Source: an uncultured bacterium (GTDB lineage Bacteria > Zhuqueibacterota > QNDG01 > DSAB01). From it: a DNA stretch of 64,000 nucleotides. A model generated the notes under the pieces. The model was not told the origin of the DNA, searched no databases, and saw only the letters and a program-made list of their open reading frames with translations. The stretch spans positions 87,144 through 151,143 of the forward strand of contig CAZYVD010000001.1 in the NCBI GenBank assembly GCA_964651045.1. Direction: 5' to 3'. Positions within the stretch are counted from its first letter, which is position 1, and each line of letters opens with the position of its first letter. Of the stretch, positions 48,305 through 57,883 are shown piece after piece. A program made the translations under genes and the position numbers.

Positions 48305-51300
48305 TTATAGTTCGATTTCGACTACACCGGTGATTTGTCTGAAGTGCGGATATACATAGTTATCGACTCTCTGCTCTACATTTCCGACTTCAGGATCGAA
48401 CCCAGAGTATTTTGTTAATGTTATGAGGTTTCTTCCTCTTACACCAAATGTAATCGCATGGAATATATTGCCAAATATTCCACCGGCAAAGCCGGAAAGT
48501 GCCTTCTTGTCGAACCTGTAATTGATGGAAAGTTCTCTGAGCTTTACATATGTTCCATTCTCTACAAATTCGCTGTTGACATCATTTGTATCGTAGAGTA
48601 TATCATAATAGGCCATGGGTTTTTTCTCGTAATACTTTTTCCCTCTCTGATCATGTGTTTCCCAGCGATACTCACGATATGTCCACTGTCTTGTCTCGTT
48701 ATAGATGTCTCCGCCTATCTGAGAATCTATTACCATATAGATAGAAAGCCCTTTCCACCTGAAGTTAGATGTCAGCCCTACAGTAAAATCAGGAATTACA
48801 TTACCGATTACTACAAAATCGCTTCCTTCATCATCTACATACTTGATCGGCATTCCCCAGTCAAGCTCGATGTCGTTTCCGTCAGCATCCTTGCCAACAA
48901 CAACATCTGTACCCCAGTACTTGATCGTTCCATCTGAATTCAATCCATCTTTCCATGTATTTCCTTCACCGACAGGTACCAAATAACCATCATCGTTTTT
49001 GTCGAATGCATCTTTGTTGTAGTTTTCTGGAAGTTCACTATATTTGGTTATCCATCTGTGACCATACATTCTTCCATGAACCTCTCCCTCTTTGAAGTAG
49101 AATGCATCTAATGCTCCACCTCTCCATGGAGGACGATCCAGCTTTGTGATCTCCTCACGAATTCTTGAGAAGTTTGCACCGATCGACCAGCTCATGTCTC
49201 TTTTCTGAATCACGAATGCCTGAAGCTCGGCTTCAATTGTTGATGACTTGAGATCACCGGCATTGGCTACCTCATTCGAGTATCCCATATATCCTGCAAG
49301 TGGTACTGTCAGGATCTGATCCTTTGTATCCTTTGTTGAATAGGTAATCTCAAAGGAGAAACGATCGAGAAATGCCATCTCTACACCAACCTCTAATTCC
49401 CTTGCAAATGCAGGTTTCAGCTTGGAGTTTCCGAGCCTTCCCTTTGAGATTGCTCCGCCTCCGACATTAAAGGTCTCATACTGATCGTAAAAACCGGGCC
49501 TCGATCCTGCTGTTCCATAAGAAGCCCTCAGCTTGAACTCATTGATCTTGTCTGTAAACCAGAACGGCTCTTCACTCACGCGCCATGCCACACTTCCACG
49601 ATAGTAGAGATGATACCTTTCATCTTCACCAAACAGCGAGCTTCCATCATAGCGAAGCAGCAAGCTTCCAATATACTTCTCTTTATAATCGAGGTGTGTG
49701 GATGCATAGTATCCGATAGCCCTTACTTCTGTCTGCGTGGAATTAACATACCTCATATCAGGATTAACATTGGAAAGGTCTTCTACACCTGCAACAATAA
49801 GGCTGTCGCCACCTGCATAAGTATATTGATACTGTGACTCTTCATAGTGAATATGTAGGTCGGTCTTTGTCGAAAGATCTTTGAAGCTCTTAAGAAAAGA
49901 AACTGTAAAATCACCATTCAAACCTTCTGTAAAAGAATGGTTCCTATAATATCCACCAAAATTTGTTGGGTCACTAAGCATGGTTTTATAGCCTATCTTA
50001 TAGTAGGTCCAATTAAATGTGCTGGATCTATCATAGCCAAAACTTATTTCAGCATTGAACCAGTTGGTAGGAGAATAGAGCAGGTTAAAATTACCCATTA
50101 ACCTTCTTCTATAGTCACGGTCTTTTAAATACTTAGCAGGATAAAGCGGATTCTCCTGATTTGATCTCGGATCCGGTGCTATCAGGAGTTCTCCATTCTC
50201 ATCTTCTGCCTCAAGGTTTGTATAAGGTGCCATGAAGAAAAAGTCATATAAAGGACCACTATCTCCAAATGGACTGTGCCTCCATGATGTCATGAAGTAT
50301 GCACCAACATTGAGGCTCAAATCGTCCCTCAATTTGTTGTCGATATTAATTCTTACATTCTGCCTGCCGTAACCCTTTAGGTATTTCATAATACCTGGCT
50401 CTTTTAAGTTGCTGATACTCAATCTGAAGTTTGAACCAGGCATGTTTCTCGAAAGAGTCACAGTATTTCTGAAATACTGTCCAGGACGATAGAACTGCTT
50501 AAGGTGATCATAAGTCTTTATAGAGGAAGGATACTTTTTATCGATAAATGTCCTCTCTACCGGCAATCCTTCACCGCTCGGATCGAGATCATCAAGAGCA
50601 AGATTAGGATCCTCTATTCCGCATGAGTCACCATTTGTATTTACAAAGTAGGTTCCTGTTGGATCGACCTTGTATTGATGACTCTCGTTTCTGTATGGCT
50701 TGAAATGCGGCAATTCAAAACCATACTCGTTCCTTAAAATGATTCTTGTCTGCCCCTGGGCCAGAAAACTTCCTCTCTTTGTCTTGATGTTTATCACACC
50801 AGTAGCAGCACGCGAACCATAGAGAGCTGCTGCTGCAGGTCCCTTGACAAGCTCCATGCTCTCAACGTCAAGACCATCGATATCGACCTGCGATGCATTC
50901 AGGATGACTCCATCTACTATGACGAGTGGGCTGTTTCCCGTACCGATATTTGTAGATCCTCTAAGCCTTATGTCGAGTCCACTTCCTGGCCGGCCGCTTC
51001 CTTTTACTACTGATACACCAGCAACCTTACCCTGAAGGTTCTCTATCGGGTTCTCTTTGGGATCCATCTGGATATCCTCTTCCGCTACCCTCTTTACAGT
51101 AAACGGAAGAAGTTTCTTCGGAGTACTCTTTGTCACACCTGTCACAACAACAGCATCCATTTCAAGAACATCCTGTTTAAGCGAAAAGTCTTTTGTAATC
51201 GTACCAGGTGAAAGTACAATCTTCTCCTTCCCAGTATGATATCCAATAAATTCGGCTGTCAGTTCAACCTCCTGTCCGCTCATAAAACGTGCAGGAACTA

Positions 51301-51499
51301 TGAACCGATAGACACCATTCTCGTCAGACGATGCTCCGAGTTTATATTCTTTGATAGTCACATTCGTTCCAGGCAATGGATTGCCCTCTTCGTCTGTAAC
51401 CTTACCAGAAATAATTAGTCCTCTCTGTTGAGCAGAAGCAAGTATTGGAATCAAAATCAGTACAAGGGACAAAAGAGCAATTAAAATTCTCTTCATCAC
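48305..51499 (-). CDS. SusC/RagA-family TonB-dependent outer-membrane transporter
   Basis: 1064 aa with signal peptide, carboxypeptidase-regulatory-like N-domain, TonB plug and 22-strand barrel; C-terminal aromatic residue. Confidence 0.85.
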   Translation of the reverse strand: MMKRILIALLSLVLILIPILASAQQRGLIISGKVTDEEGNPLPGTNVTIKEYKLGASSDENGVYRFIVPARFMSGQEVELTAEFIGYHTGKEKIVLSPGTITKDFSLKQDVLEMDAVVVTGVTKSTPKKLLPFTVKRVAEEDIQMDPKENPIENLQGKVAGVSVVKGSGRPGSGLDIRLRGSTNIGTGNSPLVIVDGVILNASQVDIDGLDVESMELVKGPAAAALYGSRAATGVINIKTKRGSFLAQGQTRIILRNEYGFELPHFKPYRNESHQYKVDPTGTYFVNTNGDSCGIEDPNLALDDLDPSGEGLPVERTFIDKKYPSSIKTYDHLKQFYRPGQYFRNTVTLSRNMPGSNFRLSISNLKEPGIMKYLKGYGRQNVRINIDNKLRDDLSLNVGAYFMTSWRHSPFGDSGPLYDFFFMAPYTNLEAEDENGELLIAPDPRSNQENPLYPAKYLKDRDYRRRLMGNFNLLYSPTNWFNAEISFGYDRSSTFNWTYYKIGYKTMLSDPTNFGGYYRNHSFTEGLNGDFTVSFLKSFKDLSTKTDLHIHYEESQYQYTYAGGDSLIVAGVEDLSNVNPDMRYVNSTQTEVRAIGYYASTHLDYKEKYIGSLLLRYDGSSLFGEDERYHLYYRGSVAWRVSEEPFWFTDKINEFKLRASYGTAGSRPGFYDQYETFNVGGGAISKGRLGNSKLKPAFARELEVGVEMAFLDRFSFEITYSTKDTKDQILTVPLAGYMGYSNEVANAGDLKSSTIEAELQAFVIQKRDMSWSIGANFSRIREEITKLDRPPWRGGALDAFYFKEGEVHGRMYGHRWITKYSELPENYNKDAFDKNDDGYLVPVGEGNTWKDGLNSDGTIKYWGTDVVVGKDADGNDIELDWGMPIKYVDDEGSDFVVIGNVIPDFTVGLTSNFRWKGLSIYMVIDSQIGGDIYNETRQWTYREYRWETHDQRGKKYYEKKPMAYYDILYDTNDVNSEFVENGTYVKLRELSINYRFDKKALSGFAGGIFGNIFHAITFGVRGRNLITLTKYSGFDPEVGNVEQRVDNYVYPHFRQITGVVEIEL

Positions 51500-51765
51500 T
51501 TTCTCCTCCAGTTTAGTTTCTGATTAAATTGTTACCCCAGAATAAAAAATTAACCTACTTTCTCTCCACCACCTCCTTTCAAAAGGTTACTTGAAATAAT
51601 TTAATTGATTAACTTTTAAATTTTCTCGATATAAGACCCTCCCATCTTAGATGGTCTTCAAAAAATATCAATAGAGCAAAAAGGTAAGTCTTGATAAATC
51701 AGGAAGGTACACATAACTGCTTCTCTCCTCCTCAATCTAAATATAAAAATCTATTTGAATTTGTC

Positions 51766-51792
51766 AAGTATTTTTTATTAAAAAAATACTTT
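51766..51792. promoter_or_regulatory. perfect 12-bp inverted repeat in the susC/MBOAT divergent intergenic region
   Basis: AAGTATTTTTTATTAAAAAAATACTT; candidate operator. Confidence 0.3.
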
Positions 51793-51857
51793 TATTTTAA
51801 ATTTATTTCTATTATATTTTTCAATCTCATATCATTGAAAAATTTATATATATACAT

Positions 51858-53348
51858 ATGCTTTTCAATTCAATCAAATTCCTTTTATTCTTCCCTGCTG
51901 TCATGACACTCTACTTTGTTATTCCACACAGGTTCAGGTGGACGCTTCTCCTTGGTGGTAGTTACTATTTCTATATGTGCTGGAGACCCGACTATATATT
52001 TCTTATTATTGTCTCAACAATTACAGCCTACTCCACTGCAATTTTGATGTCACGACATGATAAAAAATCAAAGAAAAGAAAATATCTTATTCTCAGTCTG
52101 GTAGTAAATTTAGGTCTTCTCTTTTTCTTTAAATACTACAACTTTTTAAATGAATCGGTCACTCTGTTACTTAACAGGATTGATCTGCAAAATCCTTTAC
52201 CCGCACTTAATGTTGTTCTTCCCGTAGGGATCTCCTTTTATACATTTCAGACTCTCAGCTACACTATCGATGTCTATCGAGGCCAGAAGAGATGCGAAAA
52301 ACACCTTGGAATTTTCGCTCTCTATGTCTCCTATTTTCCGCAACTGGTAGCCGGTCCAATAGAGAGATCGAAGCGTCTTCTTCCACAATTTTTTGAAAAG
52401 CACTACTTCGACTACTGCCGTGTAACCGACGGCCTGAAATTAATGGCATGGGGATTCTTTAAAAAAATGGTGATCGCAGATCGTCTGGCACTATATGTAA
52501 ATGGAGTATACAACAATCCTAGTAATTTCCATGGATTTGCCGTAATAGTTGCAACATATTTTTTTGCATTCCAAATATACTGCGACTTCTCTGGATATTC
52601 GGATATTGCTATTGGAGCGGCTCAAGTAATGGGATTCAGGTTGATGGAAAATTTCAAACGGCCATATTTTTCAAAATCTCTATCAGATTTCTGGAATCGC
52701 TGGCACATATCACTCTCAACATGGCTAAGAGACTATCTTTTCCTCCCATTTGCATACTCTATATCCCGCCATATAAAAAAAGATAAACTCTTTTATATAA
52801 AAGCAGAAGATTGGGCTTATTGTGCAGGAATTTCTATAACCATGTTGCTCGGAGGACTCTGGCATGGAGCAAACTGGACATTTGTAATCTGGGGTATACT
52901 GCATGGAACCTATCTTGTCTTCGGCCGCATGACAAGAAAACCAAGAAAAAATATATTAAAAAAGATTGGTCTTATAAAGCGGCATTCCATACACAATCTG
53001 ATAAGGATTTTTTTTACTTTTCATCTAATATGTTTTGCATGGATCTTTTTCAGGGCAAATTCCATCTCCGATGCATTTGTCATCATAAAAAATATGTTTA
53101 CCAACATCCAAATACATCATCCCGGAATAGACTCGGTTGCACAATTCAGCAAACCCGAAATCCTGATAAGCATAATTGGAATAATGATACTCGTACTGGT
53201 CCAGTTATTCCAAAGTCGCTATAGTATAAGAAAGAAACTATCAACTCAACCTGTCTTTATAAGATGGAGTCTTTATCTCGGAATAATACTATCTATAATT
53301 ATATTTGGTAATTTTAGTGGACAGGAGTTCATCTACTTTCAGTTTTAA
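51858..53348 (+). CDS. MBOAT-family membrane-bound O-acyltransferase (AlgI/DltB/PatA-like)
   Basis: 496 aa polytopic protein with conserved His (WHISLSTWLRDY) typical of MBOAT. Confidence 0.8.
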   Translation: MLFNSIKFLLFFPAVMTLYFVIPHRFRWTLLLGGSYYFYMCWRPDYIFLIIVSTITAYSTAILMSRHDKKSKKRKYLILSLVVNLGLLFFFKYYNFLNESVTLLLNRIDLQNPLPALNVVLPVGISFYTFQTLSYTIDVYRGQKRCEKHLGIFALYVSYFPQLVAGPIERSKRLLPQFFEKHYFDYCRVTDGLKLMAWGFFKKMVIADRLALYVNGVYNNPSNFHGFAVIVATYFFAFQIYCDFSGYSDIAIGAAQVMGFRLMENFKRPYFSKSLSDFWNRWHISLSTWLRDYLFLPFAYSISRHIKKDKLFYIKAEDWAYCAGISITMLLGGLWHGANWTFVIWGILHGTYLVFGRMTRKPRKNILKKIGLIKRHSIHNLIRIFFTFHLICFAWIFFRANSISDAFVIIKNMFTNIQIHHPGIDSVAQFSKPEILISIIGIMILVLVQLFQSRYSIRKKLSTQPVFIRWSLYLGIILSIIIFGNFSGQEFIYFQF

Positions 53349-53357
53349 TAAAGCAAA

Positions 53358-54302
53358 ATGAAGATTAAAGAGAAAAAAAATATTCTCAGATTTCTAAAAA
53401 GGTTTTCATTACTATTAATCCTGCTTTTAATAATTTTAGAAATCACAAATTTTATATTTAGCAGGATAATGACGACCCATTACAGACCTACCTACAAAGA
53501 GCTCTTTACTCCATCGGTCTGTGCAGAAACAGTGATATTTGGTTCATCGAGCAGTGTACATGGGATAAATCCAAAATATCTCGATAGAGATTTTAACCGC
53601 TTCTTCAACTTCTCATTCAATGGAACCAATCCGAAATTTTACTATAAATGGTATACTCATATATTTAGAAAATATTACCCAAGGCCTTCATGTATAATAT
53701 ATGCTATCAACTGGTACATGTTTGATGATGACTGGATGTCAAGAAAATTTGAAGACGATGCAGAATTCTGGCCATTCAAACTATTTATATCTGAACTGTT
53801 TAATAACAATAATAGAAAAAGAATTCTTCTCACACGATTCCCGATCCTGAAATACCACGACCGATTTATCAAGATGAGCTTTAAAGAGCCACGCATTGTA
53901 ATCGAGAAGTATTATCACGGTTATGTGCCAATAATAAAAAGGCCCGAACTATCATTTCGTATTGTCAAGGCCACTGATAGAGAAAAACAGAAAACATTCT
54001 TTGAAAAATTATTGAAAGAATTCAAAAGAGATTCCATCCCTGTAGTAGCGATTCAGATGCCAGAATATCTTCCTGGAAGGGATAATAAAGACCAAAACAG
54101 AAAATTTTTTATTGATATTTTTTCTAAGTACAACTTTCCATACCTTGATTATAACGGAGATAGGATAACGGAAATAAACTATGACTCTACTGCATTCCTC
54201 GACTGGGGACATCTCAGCGAGGCAGGAGCCATAAAGTTTTCAAAAATGCTCGGCAACCAACTCCAAGAAGTGCTAAAATCATATAAAATCAGAATCCATT
54301 GA
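53358..54302 (+). CDS. AlgJ/AlgX/DltD-like SGNH-type partner of the MBOAT protein
   Basis: 314 aa with N-terminal TM anchor and C-terminal DWGHLSEAG motif resembling the AlgJ/AlgX DxHW..G signature. Confidence 0.5.
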   Translation: MKIKEKKNILRFLKRFSLLLILLLIILEITNFIFSRIMTTHYRPTYKELFTPSVCAETVIFGSSSSVHGINPKYLDRDFNRFFNFSFNGTNPKFYYKWYTHIFRKYYPRPSCIIYAINWYMFDDDWMSRKFEDDAEFWPFKLFISELFNNNNRKRILLTRFPILKYHDRFIKMSFKEPRIVIEKYYHGYVPIIKRPELSFRIVKATDREKQKTFFEKLLKEFKRDSIPVVAIQMPEYLPGRDNKDQNRKFFIDIFSKYNFPYLDYNGDRITEINYDSTAFLDWGHLSEAGAIKFSKMLGNQLQEVLKSYKIRIH

Positions 54303-54796
54303 ATCTGTGCCTTAAAGCAAGACGTGGCATGAGACGCTCTCTTGGTACATACGCACCAGCCTTACATCTGGTTCCCAAACTCCTGTTTGGAAACCCAGAT
54401 GTGTTAAAAACTCTGTTTTGATTGAGCACTACTTTTGGACGGAGGCGCATCAGCGTCGCTTTTAAAAGCTGCAACATGCTCGCGCAATCCATAAAAAGAG
54501 AATGCCTATATTTTTGTTCGTACTGAGCAGTGGATTTATATTTCTTCAAGGAATTATATTTTGGATGATAAACCTGTTATTAAGGTTAATAAAAGTTTGG
54601 TTATTTGATATGTAGAAACAGAGTTTCTTTTCAGAGTAGCGTTCTTAAACTGAAGTTTGGGAACGAAGAGAAAGTCGGCTGCCAGTTTCTGAATGATTGC
54701 TTTTTTGGTGTTCTTAGATTTCAGACGCTTCATACCGTAGTTATGTTTTACATCTACAATAGAGATTCTCCTTGATAATTTTGACTCTTCTATCAA
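54289..54796 (-). pseudogene. IS200/IS605-family tnpB (OrfB) C-terminal remnant
   Basis: Minus-strand ORF contains RRISIVDVKHNYGMKRLKSKNTKKAI...LQFKNATLKRNSVSTYQ, which aligns to the TnpB RuvC-II/linker region (vIvvEdLnvkGMlkn.klakai...leYKa...gk.v..v...yTSq). Split into two short frames and lacks the N-terminal two-thirds. Confidence 0.5.
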
Positions 54797-54845
54797 ATAT
54801 ATGAATTCTTATGGTCATATGCACTAAAGTTAAATACAGATCTTC

Positions 54846-55838
54846 TCATTTCTCAATCCCCCCGTCTTCTTCTCTCCTCAGGCGATTTAGGAATTCTTTT
54901 AACTTTTGCTCTACTTCAATCGGGTCTTCGAGTCTGAAAACCTCACCACGAACACAACTACTTCCAGGCATACCCTTAAGATACCAGCCTATATGTTTTC
55001 TCATCTCTCTCACACCTCTGTATTCACCTGCAATCTTCAGCGCCAGCCTGTAGTGATCCAAACAGATCTCTACTCGTCTGCTATATGACGGCTCTGCTAT
55101 TAATATGCCCTTCTCCAGATATGTGTTAACAAGCCTGAATATCCAGGGCCTGCCCATTGCACCCCTTCCAATCATGACAAAATCACAACCTGTCTCCTCT
55201 ATCATTCTTCTCGCATCTTCTGGTGAAAAAACATCACCGTTGCCAATCACGGGTATAGAGACAGCCTGCTTTACCTCCCCTATTATTTTCCAGTCGGCAT
55301 CTACTCCAAACTTCATGCTCTTTGTTCTTGCATGTATGGCAACTGCACTGGCCCCCTCACTTTCAAATATCTGTGCAGCATCCCTGGCAACTATTCTGTT
55401 CTCATCCCATCCACTCCTCATCTTTACAGTGACAGGTACAGAGACAGCAGAAACAACACATCTTACAATCTCCCTCAACTTTCTAAGATCATTCAAAAGC
55501 GCGGCCCCTGCTCCTCTCTTTACTACTTTTCTTGCGGGACATCCGAAATTAAGATCTATCAGATTGGGCTTTACCGACTCAACAATATGAGCAGCCTCTG
55601 CCATTATCACAGGATCGCTTCCAAAAAGCTGTATTCCAATCGGACGTTCCTCAGGAAAAATTTTTATCATGCGAAGACTCTTCTCACTCTTCCTAACTAT
55701 TCCATCACTACTTATCAATTCAGTAAACACAAGCGAAGCACCGTGCAACCTCGCAATCATCCTGAAGGCGCTGTCTGTAACACCAGCCATCGGTGCAAGG
55801 ACCGATCTTCCATCTATTTTAAGGCCTGCTATATCCAA
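54846..55838 (-). CDS. dusB: tRNA-dihydrouridine synthase
   Basis: 330 aa TIM-barrel Dus family (DLNFGCPARKV). Confidence 0.85.
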   Translation of the reverse strand: MDIAGLKIDGRSVLAPMAGVTDSAFRMIARLHGASLVFTELISSDGIVRKSEKSLRMIKIFPEERPIGIQLFGSDPVIMAEAAHIVESVKPNLIDLNFGCPARKVVKRGAGAALLNDLRKLREIVRCVVSAVSVPVTVKMRSGWDENRIVARDAAQIFESEGASAVAIHARTKSMKFGVDADWKIIGEVKQAVSIPVIGNGDVFSPEDARRMIEETGCDFVMIGRGAMGRPWIFRLVNTYLEKGILIAEPSYSRRVEICLDHYRLALKIAGEYRGVREMRKHIGWYLKGMPGSSCVRGEVFRLEDPIEVEQKLKEFLNRLRREEDGGIEK

Positions 55839-55899
55839 AACATTAAAATATACAATCCGACTTAAATAGATACAAGAATAAATACAACAATTTATTTAT

Positions 55900-55928
55900 C
55901 TTGCATTTTAACCTATTTTTTTGTATAA
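55900..55928 (+). promoter_or_regulatory. sigma70-type promoter of rpmB
   Basis: TTGCAT - 17 bp - TATAAT. Confidence 0.6.
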
Positions 55929-55965
55929 TTATTGTCAAAAATAATATATAGTTGATGGGGAAGAT

Positions 55966-56160
55966 ATGGCAAAAAAATGTGAAATCTGCGGCAAGGGTCC
56001 GATTGTTGGAAACAATGTGAGTCATGCTCACAATCTAACAAAACGGCGCTGGCTTCCCAACCTTCAGCGAGTTCGTATCAAAGTAAACGGCCAGACCCGC
56101 AGAATACGTGTATGCACAAGATGCATCCGTTCGGGTAGTTTAGAGAAACTCTCTTCATAA
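55966..56160 (+). CDS. rpmB: 50S ribosomal protein L28 (zinc-ribbon form)
   Basis: [34 protein letters not shown]..., with CxxC...CxxC. Confidence 0.9.
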   Translation: MAKKCEICGKGPIVGNNVSHAHNLTKRRWLPNLQRVRIKVNGQTRRIRVCTRCIRSGSLEKLSS

Positions 56161-56165
56161 AAATC

Positions 56166-56198
56166 GGGTGCCCGAAATGGGCATCCCTCTCTTTTTTT
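56166..56198 (+). terminator. rho-independent terminator after rpmB
   Basis: GGGTGCCC-GAAAT-GGGCATCCC hairpin followed by CTCTTTTTTT. Confidence 0.6.
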
Positions 56199-56222
56199 CC
56201 TTCCATTTTAAAGAGGTGAGCA

Positions 56223-57719
56223 ATGAAAAGAATAAACTTTTCGCTTAAAGCGGTCTTGATTCCGCTTATACTCACTCTCGTCCTCCCTAATACTCTACTA
56301 TCAAAACAGCAAACTTCGGCTTCAAGAAAACTTCTCTTTAAGGATGCAGACAGGGCAAAACAGGTTGCCGATTCACTAATGGCAGAAATACTCTCCCCTG
56401 ATAACTACAGCAGTGCCTTAAAGTATTACAACCAGGCCGATAAGGAGTATAAAGGGGGAGGAGCAGTTACTAAAATAAAAGAAAGACTGAAGTCGGCAGA
56501 GGAGTTTTTCCTTAAAGCAGCAGAGAGTGCAAGACTCTTCAGAATAAATCTTCCTGAATGCCTTGAGGCCAGAAAGAGTGCAGAGAGAGAGAGGGCAGAA
56601 AAATATTGCAGGGAAAAGTGGAATACTGCAGAAAGGTCGCTTATAAAGGCTGCAAGGATTCTGGAAAGGGGTAATCTAAAGGATGCTGTTGAGAAATCGA
56701 AAATGATAGGTGGTCTCTATAAAAAGGCAGAATCTGAAGCAATCAAGGCACGCATCCTCAATGAAGTGAAGCAGCTGGTCTCAGAGGCTGAAACAAGGGA
56801 TGTGAGCAAGAGGGCACCTGCCACACTGAATAAGGCAAAAGAGCTCTTAAGGGAAGCAGAGACCGTTCTGAATAAAAACTGTTATGATACACTCAGGGCC
56901 CGGACACTATCCGATGAGGCAAAATATTGTGTGAAACATGCTCTCTATCTTTCAAATTATATTAAAGGACTCGATAAAAATCAGACCATAGAAACACTAC
57001 TTCTTTCCAGTGAAAAACCATTAGAAAGAATCGGAAGTGAGCTAAATATCAAAGTGCCTGTTCACCAGGGCAGGGACAGTGCAACAGAAATAATAATAGA
57101 TAAAATTCGATCTCTGAAAAAAGAGAATGAATCATTGAAAGAGGAAGTTTCAAAAAAAGATGATGAAATTGCATCTCTCCAAGAGAGGCTCTCTTCTGTT
57201 TCGTTAAAACTTTCAGATTTAGAATCCCAAATAGGAGATCTGAAGTCGAGTGAGGCAGAGTTGAAAAAATATAAGGAAGAGCAGCAGAGAATAAAAAACA
57301 AGTTTGCCAAAATAGAAAATTCTTTCACAAGAGAGGAAGCGGCAGTACTCAGAGCAAGTGATCGAATCATAATCAGGCTGTACGGACTGAACTTTCCTGT
57401 TGGAAAATCTGTTATAGAACCAAAATACTTCGGGCTGCTCAGCAAGGTTGTATCTGCCATTGAACAATTTCCTGAATCCAGAATAACCATTGAGGGACAT
57501 ACAGACTCAAGAGGAAGCGAGAGCGTAAACCAGAAACTCTCAGCAAAGAGGGCAATGGCAGTCTATCAGTACTTCATTGCAACAGCGGGCATAGATTCTT
57601 CACGAATAGAAGCAATAGGATATGGAGAATCAAAACCAATAGCATCGAACGAAACAAAAGAGGGAAGAGAGAAGAACCGGCGTATCGATATTATAATTCA
57701 TACAGAAGAGCACAGATAA
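56223..57719 (+). CDS. OmpA-family protein with long coiled-coil region
   Basis: 498 aa with signal peptide, long coiled-coil region and C-terminal OmpA peptidoglycan-binding domain (IEGHTDSRGS...NRRIDI). Confidence 0.8.
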   Translation: MKRINFSLKAVLIPLILTLVLPNTLLSKQQTSASRKLLFKDADRAKQVADSLMAEILSPDNYSSALKYYNQADKEYKGGGAVTKIKERLKSAEEFFLKAAESARLFRINLPECLEARKSAERERAEKYCREKWNTAERSLIKAARILERGNLKDAVEKSKMIGGLYKKAESEAIKARILNEVKQLVSEAETRDVSKRAPATLNKAKELLREAETVLNKNCYDTLRARTLSDEAKYCVKHALYLSNYIKGLDKNQTIETLLLSSEKPLERIGSELNIKVPVHQGRDSATEIIIDKIRSLKKENESLKEEVSKKDDEIASLQERLSSVSLKLSDLESQIGDLKSSEAELKKYKEEQQRIKNKFAKIENSFTREEAAVLRASDRIIIRLYGLNFPVGKSVIEPKYFGLLSKVVSAIEQFPESRITIEGHTDSRGSESVNQKLSAKRAMAVYQYFIATAGIDSSRIEAIGYGESKPIASNETKEGREKNRRIDIIIHTEEHR

Positions 57720-57883
57720 ATCATTTTATTAGCAAGAGAAATAGAGCGTGTGCAATTAATATTGCATCTCTAACATGATATTCGAAGAAAAATAGATCAA
57801 TTTGTTTTAATGCAGGTCATTCGAGTGCGTGGCGGCAATCTTACCGCAATTTTAATTAACCACTACCTTCTTACTCATCCACT

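Noticed and set aside
54300-54560. tmRNA or other structured ncRNA
   Set aside because: No tag-peptide reading frame (…ANDENYALAA-like) or tRNA-like 3' end found; the peptide similarity to TnpB explains the region better.
57062-57500. Minus-strand 142-aa and 93-aa ORFs
   Set aside because: Antisense to the ompA-family gene, whose OmpA domain is unambiguous.
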